The notes beneath the pieces are model-generated. The model was not told the DNA's origin. It was given only the letters and a program-made list of their open reading frames with translations, and searched no databases. A stretch of DNA of 64,000 bases from Lineus longissimus. Lineage: Eukaryota. The translations under genes and the position numbers were made by a program. Below are positions 12,332 to 24,340 of this stretch, piece by piece. The stretch lies in contig NC_088308.1 in NCBI RefSeq assembly GCF_910592395.1, positions 2,356,001 to 2,420,000 on the forward strand, given 5' to 3'. Numbering within the stretch: position 1 is the stretch's first letter; the number at the start of each line of letters is the position of its first letter.

Positions 12332-15054
12332 TAGATATTACACCTAGAATATGATTAATCACAGTTGTAATAAATATCACCATAGCAAGTTGTACAAGAT
12401 GCGTCACACAATTTACAACTATTTACTAATTTACAGTTGGACAGCATATTCAAGACATGCTGAACAATGTTGAGGTTACCATACAGTATTTAGAGCTTAC
12501 GACTTGTGAGTCGAAGACGTGGAGATCAAATGAAGACAATTTGCAGAGGGGGGGGGTGACTTGGTACGATTATTGCTCCATTTATTGTGCGGCCGTCTGA
12601 CTATACCTGAATAAAGGGTGCAAAGTAGAAATTCAGAAGACAGTGGTTCTTATATTGGGCCAAAATAAGATTTTTTTTCTAACAGCCTGCTAAATACTTG
12701 CATGGTAAGAATAATACCTGAACATCAAAGCACCTCTACTTCTATACCAGTGCCAGACCAGATAAAACTCTGCCTCTTTTTGAGAATTCACAGGCATTAT
12801 ACAAATATCTTAATCACGTTTCAAGTAGTGAGTAACATTGAGGAAACTCCAAAAATTCGGAGAGTTGAGTCATCACTATGTTATCTGATGGTCCGTGGGA
12901 TAGAAGCCACATTTTCCTGTCCTCAGGGAGTATTCGTCAGGCACCGTGGTTCATTTTCGTTGATAGAAGAGGTGTGAGGACAGTACAACACAAAAGTATA
13001 GAACATGGATAAAAATGCACCTCGACTTCAAATTCTTGGCACTTCTGATGTGAAATTAGTTTTGTTCTCTTGCATATGTTGATCATTATGCATGACTCCT
13101 TTCATGCTTTAGAGATTATGAACAAACAACTTGACAAGCTCATCGAACATGCATTTTTACCCCTAGAATTTAACATTCATTAAACACCAATACAATACAC
13201 CGACAGATACTTAGAGATGAAATTTGATTACAACCGATAAAGAATGCTTAGCCGATATCTATGCCTGAGCGAAAATACATGAACCAGAATCTTGTTTGAC
13301 TACAGTGTGTCAAGAAGAAGCCGTAACACCAAGTATTTTGCAAGGTTGGTTTACAAGTCTTTGTATAAGCTGATTGTATTAATCTTGGTACACTCAAAGA
13401 TGTGCTTTAAGTCTAAACAGTGTAAGCTTTAGGTGGATTTTAAACGTTTCCAGACACAACGCATGGTGGGATCAGAAACACAGCAGAGGTGGGTATAGCT
13501 AATTGCTGAAATACACACTGATGATGACCAGAATATAACAGCATGCATTGAGAAAACATCCCTACTGTCTTTGAACATGTTGTAGGCGTTCTAGTTCAGC
13601 CTTAAAAGCACAGACATGTCATTTTTTTGATAAATATATTTCAACCATCCAGTTGCCTGATGATTCAATAGGATTGGCATTATTCATAAAATGATTTTAT
13701 AAGATTGAGTCCAAACTGTTAAGTAATTAAGCGGTGGGTTATACTTGTGAATTTTTCTAAGTACTTGATAAAGGTAACTGGATATAATATTCAATATGAC
13801 TCCAATGATTACATTTTGATTACAGCATGATTGTACACATAATATATCATAAGTACATTATCTTGATAAAAGGCGGTGGATCTCGAACAAATGTGCTCAC
13901 AACATTTACAACAACACTAGTTGTGCATGCATTAAACATGTAGTGTCCAAAATTACTATTACATTCTCATCTGTAGTTCCTCACATGAAAATATTTCACC
14001 AGTTTTCAAACAAATGCAATGCAATGCAAACAAAGCTAGACTTTTCGTTTTTTGCACACAAATTCTGATATTATTGCTCCGGTGATATTAAACATCAAGA
14101 TAATATCTTTCTTCAAGTGACAAATCTTTCATGAGGTAATAATAATGAGGGACACACAGCTCATTTACACCAAAGGTGGAAATTTCAGTAAACCTTGCTT
14201 GCCTCCAAAACTGTTACAATTTCACTGTCATATGATAAGTAAATATCTGTGACTCAGTGCTCTTTTGAGTATTCAAAACAATTTGATAAAAAACTTAAGA
14301 GTAAATGATACCAACACTGGTTCATTGAAATTGAAAATGATTCGATGCCTGACAACGTTATGTCAGTTTTACAAATAACAAATAGAAGTTGCTGAGATAT
14401 TTTCCTAAACACTCGTTGAAAACCTTCTTTGTTAATAAAACAAACAAAAAATACCCACATTTGAGATTTGGGGTTTCAAGAGAGTTTTGCATTTTTTGAG
14501 AATTTTTCCAACAAAAAACAGTACAAGTCCTATACAAGTTCAAAAATATAGTGCAACAACAATCAGTCAACCCCTTCATGAAAGCCGGAGATTTAATTGA
14601 GACCAAAACAAGTATTTCTTTGGGTGAGTTGGCTGAAATGAAGGGTCAACTTTTCAGTTTTCAGGATTATTCTACTTCAATTGACCTCACCCCAGGATGC
14701 CAATGACCTGCCATTATAATGCTCTTATATGGATCGTCAAGGCTCCTGGAAACAAGGATAGCAATAGAATATCCGGTTTATGGCAGTACCTCGTGACTAG
14801 TCTAGTGATTTCTTTGGCAGTTGAGTTGCTGATGTTTCTTCCAATCATTGTTGAAAGAATCTGAAAACACAAGCCATCTTATTATGGGATCAACAAAGGA
14901 CGTTTCAAAGTGTGAAATTGAAGTAAAACGACTTTCTTATGGTCAGTTTCAGATTGACCCCATGATGTTCAGATTACGACTTTTCAACTAATAGACCATG
15001 CAACCACTTTCGATATAGGTACCTTATCTCTACTTACCATAGCTCAAACTACAT

Positions 15055-18000
15055 TCACATGTAGTTCAATTTCTGCCCGAGCAGTTCCTTGATGAAGCTG
15101 GAGCAACTGTACTCATCCTCTGGCAGATCTACCTTCTGACCCTTGGCAACCATGGGGAAATTCACAACCTGGGCCTCCTTGAAATTTTTGACTTGGTTTT
15201 CAACACGAACACAACGGATGGTTGGTTCGTATCCCTCCTTCTCTGCTGTGATCACGTAGTCGCCGTCCTTCAGTAGACGCCAGTATTCACCATACATGAC
15301 TGAAATGAAAAATCATGATATTTTACACTTTTTCTTTCAACTTCTTTATCTGGATCATAGACGTCCAGGTGCATGCATTGGAAAATCTTGGTTGACAGTA
15401 AATATAATCAGAAAATGTTGTTGGTTGACAAGTTCATGGGCTGAAATAACCACCTTGCTTGGTTCCACGCTGCTGGCCTGCATAGTCTCAGCGGGCTGTG
15501 TCTGAAGGAGTCGTTAGGGTCTGGACTCTGATTTTGCTGTCTAGAAGGCTCTTCTCTATCTAATCAATCCACCTAAAGATATGGATGAGCCTGAGGGAAC
15601 TCGCTGTGTGATATTGACCGAACAATATATATTTGTGTCTTACCTGAGTCAACATTGTGTTCGATTTCTCCCTTGACACCTCCGGTCACATTTGTGACGC
15701 TGATCTGGGCATGGGGGATTGGAATGGCTGCCAGGTAGTCGTAAACGTAACCCTTGACACCGATGTGGCTCTGAAATGACACCGATGAAGTTAAAGGCTA
15801 TGCATCCTCAACTGACCAAGGGGACATATTTGCAACAACAGAATGAACCCCAAAGTGCATCGCTTCACCGGATGAGACCTGTCTGTACCATGCAGTAACT
15901 ACTGTACAGTAAGAGCTGAGAGACTGCAGTCTAGTCAATATGGCTGCAAACGTAACAGACTTTCCATCATGCCTACTCATTGGACAATTCTTTGCTGGTC
16001 TTTTCTTAAGAATAAACTATCAACAAAGGATGTCTTCTACATATATCCGCGACAGCATTTCTTAACCCAACATGATACAGAAAAATCATAGAGTAATGCA
16101 ATGTAGTTAAGAAGTCTATATCTAAAAGCCTTTCTATGCCGCTGGCAAACAGCTAGGACCCTCCCAAATGTTCTCACCCATCCTGTCATTGGAGGAGTGC
16201 ATTCACCAACTGAGAAGTTGCATTCTGTCATCAGCAAATGGCACCTAAAGGCAAGCGTCTGAGTTTAAAGAGGGAGATGGGAAGTCTTCATGATAACGTG
16301 ACGACGCAACGAACAGAATAGAAAGGGAATCACCGAGCAGTTTACCTACCTGCCACATGTAGTTGACGAGCGATTCCTTGTTGTCCTTCCAGAACTTTGG
16401 CAGCGTTTCGGCCTTGGGGAATTTGACACAGCTCAACTCAACAGTGATCTCGAAACAGTTGCTGCTCAGGTAGTTGAAATCTTGCATACCTGGAATAGAC
16501 ATAAGACGAAATTTGTGGATGAAATTCACACAGAGAAGCTATAGTGGTCCTCACCTTAGCTCATTCTTCTGAATCTACTCTTGAAAGTAATTATTGGTTT
16601 AAGATATCAATTTACAGGAATCTTACATCAACGACCAATACACATCATTCTCAATAACCTTACCTCCGGCAAGAGAGTACCAGGCAGCTCCGTTGGTGGT
16701 GCCGCCATCTTTGTAGAATGGCTTCTCGCTCATGTCACATGACCTGTGCTCCTTGGCCATGATGCCGTGTTTTGTGGAGTAAGCCAGAGCAAGAACCCTG
16801 CAAAGGAAGAATGTGATGACATGTCTTGTAGATGTTGGCGGTGAGAGTTTGGTATCACTCAGTAATGACTTTCCAAAAACACTCATCGTAGTAATTTTGT
16901 CGGTATGCACAATGCAAGTAGTCACAATAGTTATGACTGTTCAACTTCAAACTTGGCATCCTTTTCAAGACAAATATCATGGCCGCCAACCAGTTGTCAA
17001 TTCAAACTCAATGCACCTCATCTGATAAGCATGTGATTGCAGTGCTATGTATGCCATCTGCAGCGAAAAAGTTAATTTAGTTACACGCGTTCACCATGTG
17101 CACACATAGAGCTGGCTCAGCAAAGTCAATAATAGCATTCTTGATGGAGGAACCCGAATCCTTAATGGTGTCGCTAATTGCTTTTAATGATCAATCATGA
17201 ATAAATCTCCATAGTGAACCATCAATAGGAATCAGTCAACTGCATCTGAATGAACTTAGCACAAATAACTTAGTGTATTACATTGTACTTACTTAAATGT
17301 ACCATCATCAGGACACTTGGCATATTCCTGAGACTGCCCTGACCGACTCTCGTCATACGGATAGTTGGCAACCATGTCACCACCGTGAAGGTTTGCTGAG
17401 AGAACGAAGGGAATCTTCATGATCCACTTAATCACCATCATCGTCTCAGGCTGAATCTGGAAACGGACGACGAACATGACAAAACACAAATGGAGGAAAA
17501 TCAACTAAATGTAAACTGATCTCTAGTTTGAATGCAAGAATGACATCATTATCAAGATGAGATTTCATCCCGTTTCCCGAAAATTGGATAAACCACAGGT
17601 GGAACTATTTCAATACATCCGTCACCATATCAAGATAAACAAATAAACAAATTCACCAAAGCCAAGCTATATTATAACTATAAGAACAGAAGTGGATTCA
17701 AGACCGGCAGTATCTTTTCACATGCTCCAATCTACAATTCCAAGGACACCACAGGAAAGTTTAAATAACACTGTAAACAAGGTCCGGCCTTCACTGCAAA
17801 GTTTTAAAACGACTTACTGGCAAGCAAAATTTGATTTCATGGTAGAAAATTGATTTTACTGTTAGCATGAAAGTACTGGAGCCATTATTTGCCATGAAAT
17901 ATTAATTTCTTAAAAGCCTCTCATAACCAAGCAGCAGAGTAGAGACGCATCTTACCGGGAGCTTCTTAATACTTTCTTCAACCTAAATGAGCGCAATATG

Positions 18001-21000
18001 GTAACTTTAGACACCTCGCACACTTTTCACACACATAACAAGATAAAGATGCACATGCCTTCACAAATATGGACGTTTGACTTTTTCATGGATTTAACAA
18101 TCCTGTAACACTAACAGTACTATCAATTAAATTTTCTTTTTCGAGGCGAAAACCTTTCACGGTTATCTGTAAACACGAAAAAAGCTAAATAAAAAGCATG
18201 TAAACATTTATGGGTTAACAGTATTGTGATTTTCCAATAAAAATACTATTAGAAATAGCCTTACCCTGTTGTCATTTAGCATTTGCGGCATAAAAAGATT
18301 ATCGGTGGGTTCGTTGAATTTTTCTAATCCATAAGCGATGCGGTCAAGGTCGGGAAAGTTCCTGTTGAGGTCGGCATCATTGGCGTTGGCACGTCCAATC
18401 AACCAGCTCTTGTTGGCCATCTGGGAGAAAAAGTCAGGATTAAGCGCCCAAAAAAGTGTGAAATAAACTTTAGAGAAGCTGAGTATATATATATATCCTG
18501 CTCACACCTGTACTTTATTCAATATATTGCTCTCGAGAATGGGTGTTTCTACCAGGAGCTGAGTAGGGAGTGTCTCCTAATGGGATGAAAAATTCCAAAA
18601 GAAGAGTAGCAGTAACTGAAGGCGTCATCTTGACCCGCAATGTTTTGGTTTGTGGAGCTCGATAGTGGTGATGCAAATGCATGAGAGCCAGGATGACAGG
18701 TGTGGCCAGAACTATAAATTGTTCCACTATTCCAAGGCAGGTGTGTAGTTTCATTTCAAGGGATTCCCTGTTGGAGAACAAGTCGTTTATGAGAGCTTTG
18801 ACTGACTACTGCAGGCCTACCTGCTGATTGGCAATCTCCCAGCCATCGGGGTTCATACTCGGCATGATATGAATGACAGTCTTCTTGAGGAGTTCCACAA
18901 TTTCTGGGTTGGTCCCCTTGTTCCACTCCTCACACAGGTAGTCGGCAAGTTTGAGCAGCATTTCGCGACCAACCACTTCATTACCATGCATGTTACCGAC
19001 ATACTTGAAATGTGGGCGAGCTGAAAGTATGCAAAGAATGGAACGCATTAGATTTAAAAAAATGAAAACGTTCCACATAAAAGAATGGAATAAGGATGAC
19101 CATGCAGTAACTGGTAAGGTTAGGAAGATTTCAGGCAACAAAAGGGAAATACAGGGATGACCTACAGGATAATAGTATTACCTGCCCAATTTTTATATAT
19201 TCCAACAAGAAAACACTATAAAAAGTGAACTCAGCCTACGTCACAATAAGGACAAGCAAACATCTTGAGATGTCATAAACTGAACAGAAAGCGATATCTA
19301 ATGCGCCTATCAGCCTTATTTTGCAGATTAATTTACCGAAGTGAGCTAAACAAGTGCACTTAATTTTCATATAATAATCCTCAAACTGTCATATCTCACC
19401 GCCATGCTCATGAGAACGCCCTAGTGTTTTCCGATGGGGAGATTACATTTATAATAGTGGTTTTTTTACTTTCTTCAACGCGCTACGGGCAGAAAAGGCT
19501 ATATTCAAGACCCAATACAGAAGCTTTTTTGGATTTTTTTTAATTTGATTTAGAATAAGAGTCTGTAATTGTAACAGCTTTTGAAGTGCTGGTAACAGTC
19601 ATAGCTGTGAACCCTGCAGAGCTGGAAATGCACGATTGGGATATTTTTGGCGAGAGGTCATATAACATTCATAAAGATTCGTGGCAACCAACAGCTGAAA
19701 CTTCAGATTTTACCTTTTTATCTCACCATTGGCGACAACATGAGGCAGCGGTTTAAACCACAGATTAAACCAGAGTTTATCACCATTCGAACTGAAAAAA
19801 TATTCTATGTCGCAGCTCTGAAGAAAACCACTATGATATTGCTGAACCAATCCATAGGTGCCTTCTATAGAGGCAGTCTTATGTCTAGGCAAAGGAACAC
19901 CACGAAGAGATGTGGGTGTTAGAGGAACACAAGGGGGGCAATTTTATAGACACATCAATATTACATTAGCAAGCAAGGTTAAATATCGGTGGCAACAAAA
20001 CTAAACATAGCGGCCAGACTAGAACACTTTGGCATGACATTTCATATCCAGTTATTCAGTGCAAGTCACCACCACTCAAAATCTATTTCACAGAGTCAAC
20101 ACAGTTTATTTCAGGTTCGATAATCTCTTTAAAAATGAATACTTTCAAATATTGCCTTTGGTTGACAGCAAGCATTTGCACAACAACTGTGAACAACGAC
20201 TAAAGCAGGCTTTCTGAATAAAATATCATGAATATGAATATGAAACAGATGTAATGAGGCTCTGCCAACAATTTCCCTTTAGGACAAATAGCAACAGTTC
20301 ATACCACAATGCAAAATGCAATCTATAAGTTTTCTGGCAAAACAGAAGCTGCCTTTCTGATAAAAGTTGCTGGCTCTAGGTTCCGGCACGAATTGAATCT
20401 CAATGGTTGGCAGAACCCTGGAGCAGCAGGCGCACAGTGACAATAGCTTCTTTCCATTTCTTCACAATGTGAGAATCAAGGACAAGGAAGAAAAAAATGA
20501 TAATGTGGATGAATCATGAGAGAATGGTAAAAACATCCATTTTAGAACCAGACTTTTGTATTGTTGTACCAGGCTATAAATACCAATGCTTTGCTTTCTT
20601 TTAACATCATGTGTCCACATAATTACTCACGTACAAGCGAAATCTTTTTGGTGCAACATAATATGGAACAGAAACCTAGAGGCGAGAACAAAGATCTTCG
20701 CAGAATATGAAATGATATCAAGAACAATGGTCAAACCCATGTCTCAGGCATGACATGTTGGAGGAAAGAGGCGATAAGGCCTAGCAGAATAATTGCTTTG
20801 TTTCCTATCCGTACCCAAAAAAATTAAGGATCATAAAGTTGGAATAGCTTGTCGCTGTTTTATTTCATATTTTTTTAGGGTTCGTTGTATACTAGAGTGG
20901 GCCGACACAGTCAGTTGTGGGACCAGAAACAAGACATTTATTCTGTTAGCCCTTAAGTTAGAAAAACCATCTTTGTAAGATTGTCTTTCTTTGCAAAAGC

Positions 21001-23190
21001 CTCAATGAAAAAGATGAAACTGCATGTAACAGCCAGCTGAGCTTTGATTCAGTTTTTACATCGACAATAGAAAGAGGATTTCTCAATTGTCTTACATGTC
21101 TAATGTTTAATATCACGGGCGAGGCTATTAGTGACATTTCCGCCAACCCACTATAAACAACAGTGAATGCACATTAAAATTGTCAGGAAAGTAATACAAA
21201 AACCGCATCCGTATTTTCAACACTGAGCCAACATTTACTATTTAGATGAATAGGCCTAAATCTCTTCCTAAGAATTGTTCCTGATGCAAAAAGTTACAAG
21301 CCATGCCCATCTCTGGTAGTGAGTGGGAAGGGAGTACAATGCTTTGGGACAACTAAGTGCCCAACACTTGGCAACCGTACAACAGCTAGTGATCTGAAGA
21401 CCGAACCTAGCTTACATCAGATGTCACAAAGATATAAATGGCTCATCCGCAAGGCCCTTTGAGGCAGTGACATTCTTATTGGTTGAAAACCAAAGTAAAA
21501 TTAGGAGAGAAACTCTGATGATTAGTTCTGTTTGAAGACAATACTCAATTATTCTGTTATCATCAATACTTTGGCCAAGGCTAATTTGACCGGCCATGGG
21601 GATAATTGAAGCTAATTGTTGTTAGCATCTCATCTATGATTCAAACATTGTCCATGTTACCAAGACATGAACGTCATGTGGGGTGGGCAATAAACCCTAG
21701 GAGTATATACCTATCCCAAGTGGCATCACCAGTGGGTTGGCCGTCCCCAAGGGCCTATTTTTTTGAAACAGTTCTGTAAAGGCACACATAAAAGCGCATG
21801 CGCCAATATTTAAGAAAAATACACGGGTATGATAACCTTTTAAACAAGCCATTTTCATGGCGCACCTGTGTGTGTAAAAACTGCTCAAATCTGTCATCAC
21901 AGCAGTCACGGAATATTTACATTATAAAGACTGAGGCACTGGACTCGAATAGGCATGTGGTATAGACCAAAGGAGTCAATCATACACTCGATCATAGCAG
22001 TCACCATGGTAACCATGTGACGTCACTTTGCCACCAGTATGCGGTTAAATGTTGATTTCCGTGTGAATCAATGAGGTTGAAACTTCAGATTTTTAATGTC
22101 AATCTTGCAGTGTATCCTTGAAGAAAAATAATATGGAACTTGCTTGATGCAAGTAACGTCGATTTATGATGGCAATGATACTTAAAGTTGGCAATGTTAT
22201 GCAGATCAGGGGCACAGCTACCTCTCTCACCTGGAGGGGGAGGGGCAAAATGACACTTGTTGAAATTTTTCGACCAAAATCATGGTCAAAAACACGAAAT
22301 CATCTGAATAATATCGTCAATGCTTTCACAGCCATTGACAGCATGGGTGTTCTGGACTCATACAGACCTGACCATATCACAACTAATAAGACCATGGAGA
22401 GAAATTGCTGGAATGACAATGCTATAAGAATCTATAGTATCTCATTTGACAAATCCGACGACTGCAAAATGGTTTATTTTGCATGTATCTGAAGAACACA
22501 GAGAAGCTATTCCCATCCTGCAGGCATGCTGACCGTCCATGTTGAGAGCAATGAACTGCTGAACAAACTCCCTCAGTGGCGTAACATTGTTAGGGTTGTG
22601 TTAGGATTTTAAGGTTTGTCAGTGTTTTACTTTTAGGTAGGACCTTAGGTAGAACTAGGAGGGGTGTGTGTGGGAAATACGCTGATGTTTATAAATGATC
22701 CCTTACTGATGGAAGGGGAGGAGCATGTAGATGGAGAGAAGCATGTGGAAAATACAGGTCTCAGGAAGTAGGAATCGGCTTAGTCGCAAAGCTCAGAACT
22801 AAGAATAAAATACATAAGTTGAAAGATGGGCGTCAAATAGATGTAGGATATTCAACAACTTGACAGATGGCGATGCGATGTTCAAAATGACATTTCACTC
22901 AAAACAGAAAACTGACAGAATAAAAGAAGCATTTCCCTACCTCCTTTGAGCTCCTCTGGGTCTACTGGTGCGGCAAACTCTATCACAGTCAGTCTGTTAC
23001 CAAGGGGGGTCAGGTCAGAGAACCCATCGAAATTGGTCAAGTTGTAAATCTGTGTAATCTCTGGACAATTTTGGTGTACTTCACGTAGTGACTGCACAAG
23101 CTCCACATAGTCGTGGTGTTTGAGCTGGAATGATCGACAAACCCCCAAAATTATTGGCAGGATTGCCAATATACAGAGGGAAAATTTCAT
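15055..23190 (-). CDS. CPE: Carboxypeptidase E-like M14B metallocarboxypeptidase (471 aa, 8 coding exons)
   Basis: Exons 23190-22941, 19020-18821, 18420-18265, 17456-17293, 16797-16664, 16489-16350, 15770-15644, 15299-15055 (1416 nt). Signal peptide; motifs [62 protein letters not shown]. Single catalytic domain, no transmembrane or GPI tail, amphipathic end [13 protein letters not shown]. Confidence 0.93.
22000..22025. promoter_or_regulatory. RFX X-box (GTCACCATGGTAAC) plus full CRE (TGACGTCA) in CPE intron 1
   Basis: X-box at 22000-22013 and CRE at 22018-22025, separated by 4 bp. Confidence 0.55.
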
Positions 23191-23359
23191 ATTACAGAGG
23201 TCCTGGGTTAAGTTGACGGCCAGATATGAGGAAAAATAGAGAAAATATGTTGGAAGATAGAGCAGCGACTCGACACTACAATGTATTCTGTTACTTGCAT
23301 GTACTTATGTACACGAGTATTACCGCTAGGTAGCGCTTCACGAATTTTAAATTGCTTCC

Positions 23360-23408
23360 TGACGTCACTGAACAGGCTATCACGGTATGCCTCAGTTTCT
23401 ATGGTAAC
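23360..23408. promoter_or_regulatory. CPE proximal promoter: full CRE (TGACGTCA) and RFX X-box (GTTTCTATGGTAAC)
   Basis: CRE at 23360-23367 and X-box at 23395-23408, 170-220 bp upstream of the CPE ATG. Confidence 0.6.
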
Positions 23409-23578
23409 ATAATCTGTGGGCGGGAAGCGAATATCTTTGAAATGCCTGAAGCCGACTGGGTATACGCGGTAGAAAGGTCTATAGAGTGATTTACAAAAAC
23501 TGCTTAAATTCACATCAAGCAATATTTTGATTTGGGAATGTCTTGTATATATGTCTCCCTGTAGGGGCCTAGAGACCA

Positions 23579-23698
23579 TGTCACAACCAATCTGATGACA
23601 GTATAGCTGGGATGCTGCAATGTCCAGGATCTGAATAGTAGTCCTATTACCAGCCGGCTTCACTCGTCCTAGACACTGTCACAACCAATCTGATGACA
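23579..23698. repeat. Exact 22-bp direct repeat containing CCAAT in the CPE/PRPSAP intergenic region
   Basis: TGTCACAACCAATCTGATGACA at 23579-23600 and 23677-23698. Confidence 0.85.
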
Positions 23699-24340
23699 AT
23701 AGCTGTCACAATTCTGATTTTACGACGGCGACTCCAAGATCGTTTTCGATAGGCCCTTGTGCCTGCCATATAGAAGAGACGGCCAAGTACGTTTACCTGT
23801 CTTCACAAGCATGGTGAGATGATAGCTCGGCCTAAGGCAGTAGTAGGCCCTGGTGTGCATGTCATCTAGAGCACAGTGAGATGTCAGGTCAGTTCAAGAC
23901 AGAAGGCCCAGATGACTGCTGTGGGAGAGACAAGGCTGTGAATGTCTTCCATTGGACGTCATGGCAGGGGGGTATTGCAATAAGGGAACTTTACGTGGGA
24001 AGGGGGAGGTACGCATCCCCTGCACTCATCCCCCCATAGATCCGGCCCCTGCCCATGCAGGGGCTGGCCGCCCTAACCAGTCGGCTTAACTTTACTCTCT
24101 AATTCCTCTTACGCGGTACAAAATATTCCCGCCAAAAGACTTGTAAAACTTCTCGCCCACCAGCCTGGTTTGTCTCAGCACCGATAGAGGCGCTCTCAGT
24201 TCCGAAGTACATATATTATGCAAATGAGTAAACCTCCCTCATTTAGTTTTTTCCGGATTTCACCAAATCGCATTTTGCGAATTGTTCTCCCACTTTCATG
24301 ACTTTCGACCGATTTTGTAGCTTTCTTGAAGGTTGATACG

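Noticed and set aside
15046..15057. Selenocysteine or readthrough at the CPE TGA
   Set aside because: An in-frame TAG follows two codons later, the protein already ends at the homologous position, and no SECIS was recognised.
23208..23663. 151-aa minus-strand ORF upstream of CPE
   Set aside because: Non-ATG start, no recognisable motif, and it overlaps promoter elements. Likely a chance ORF.
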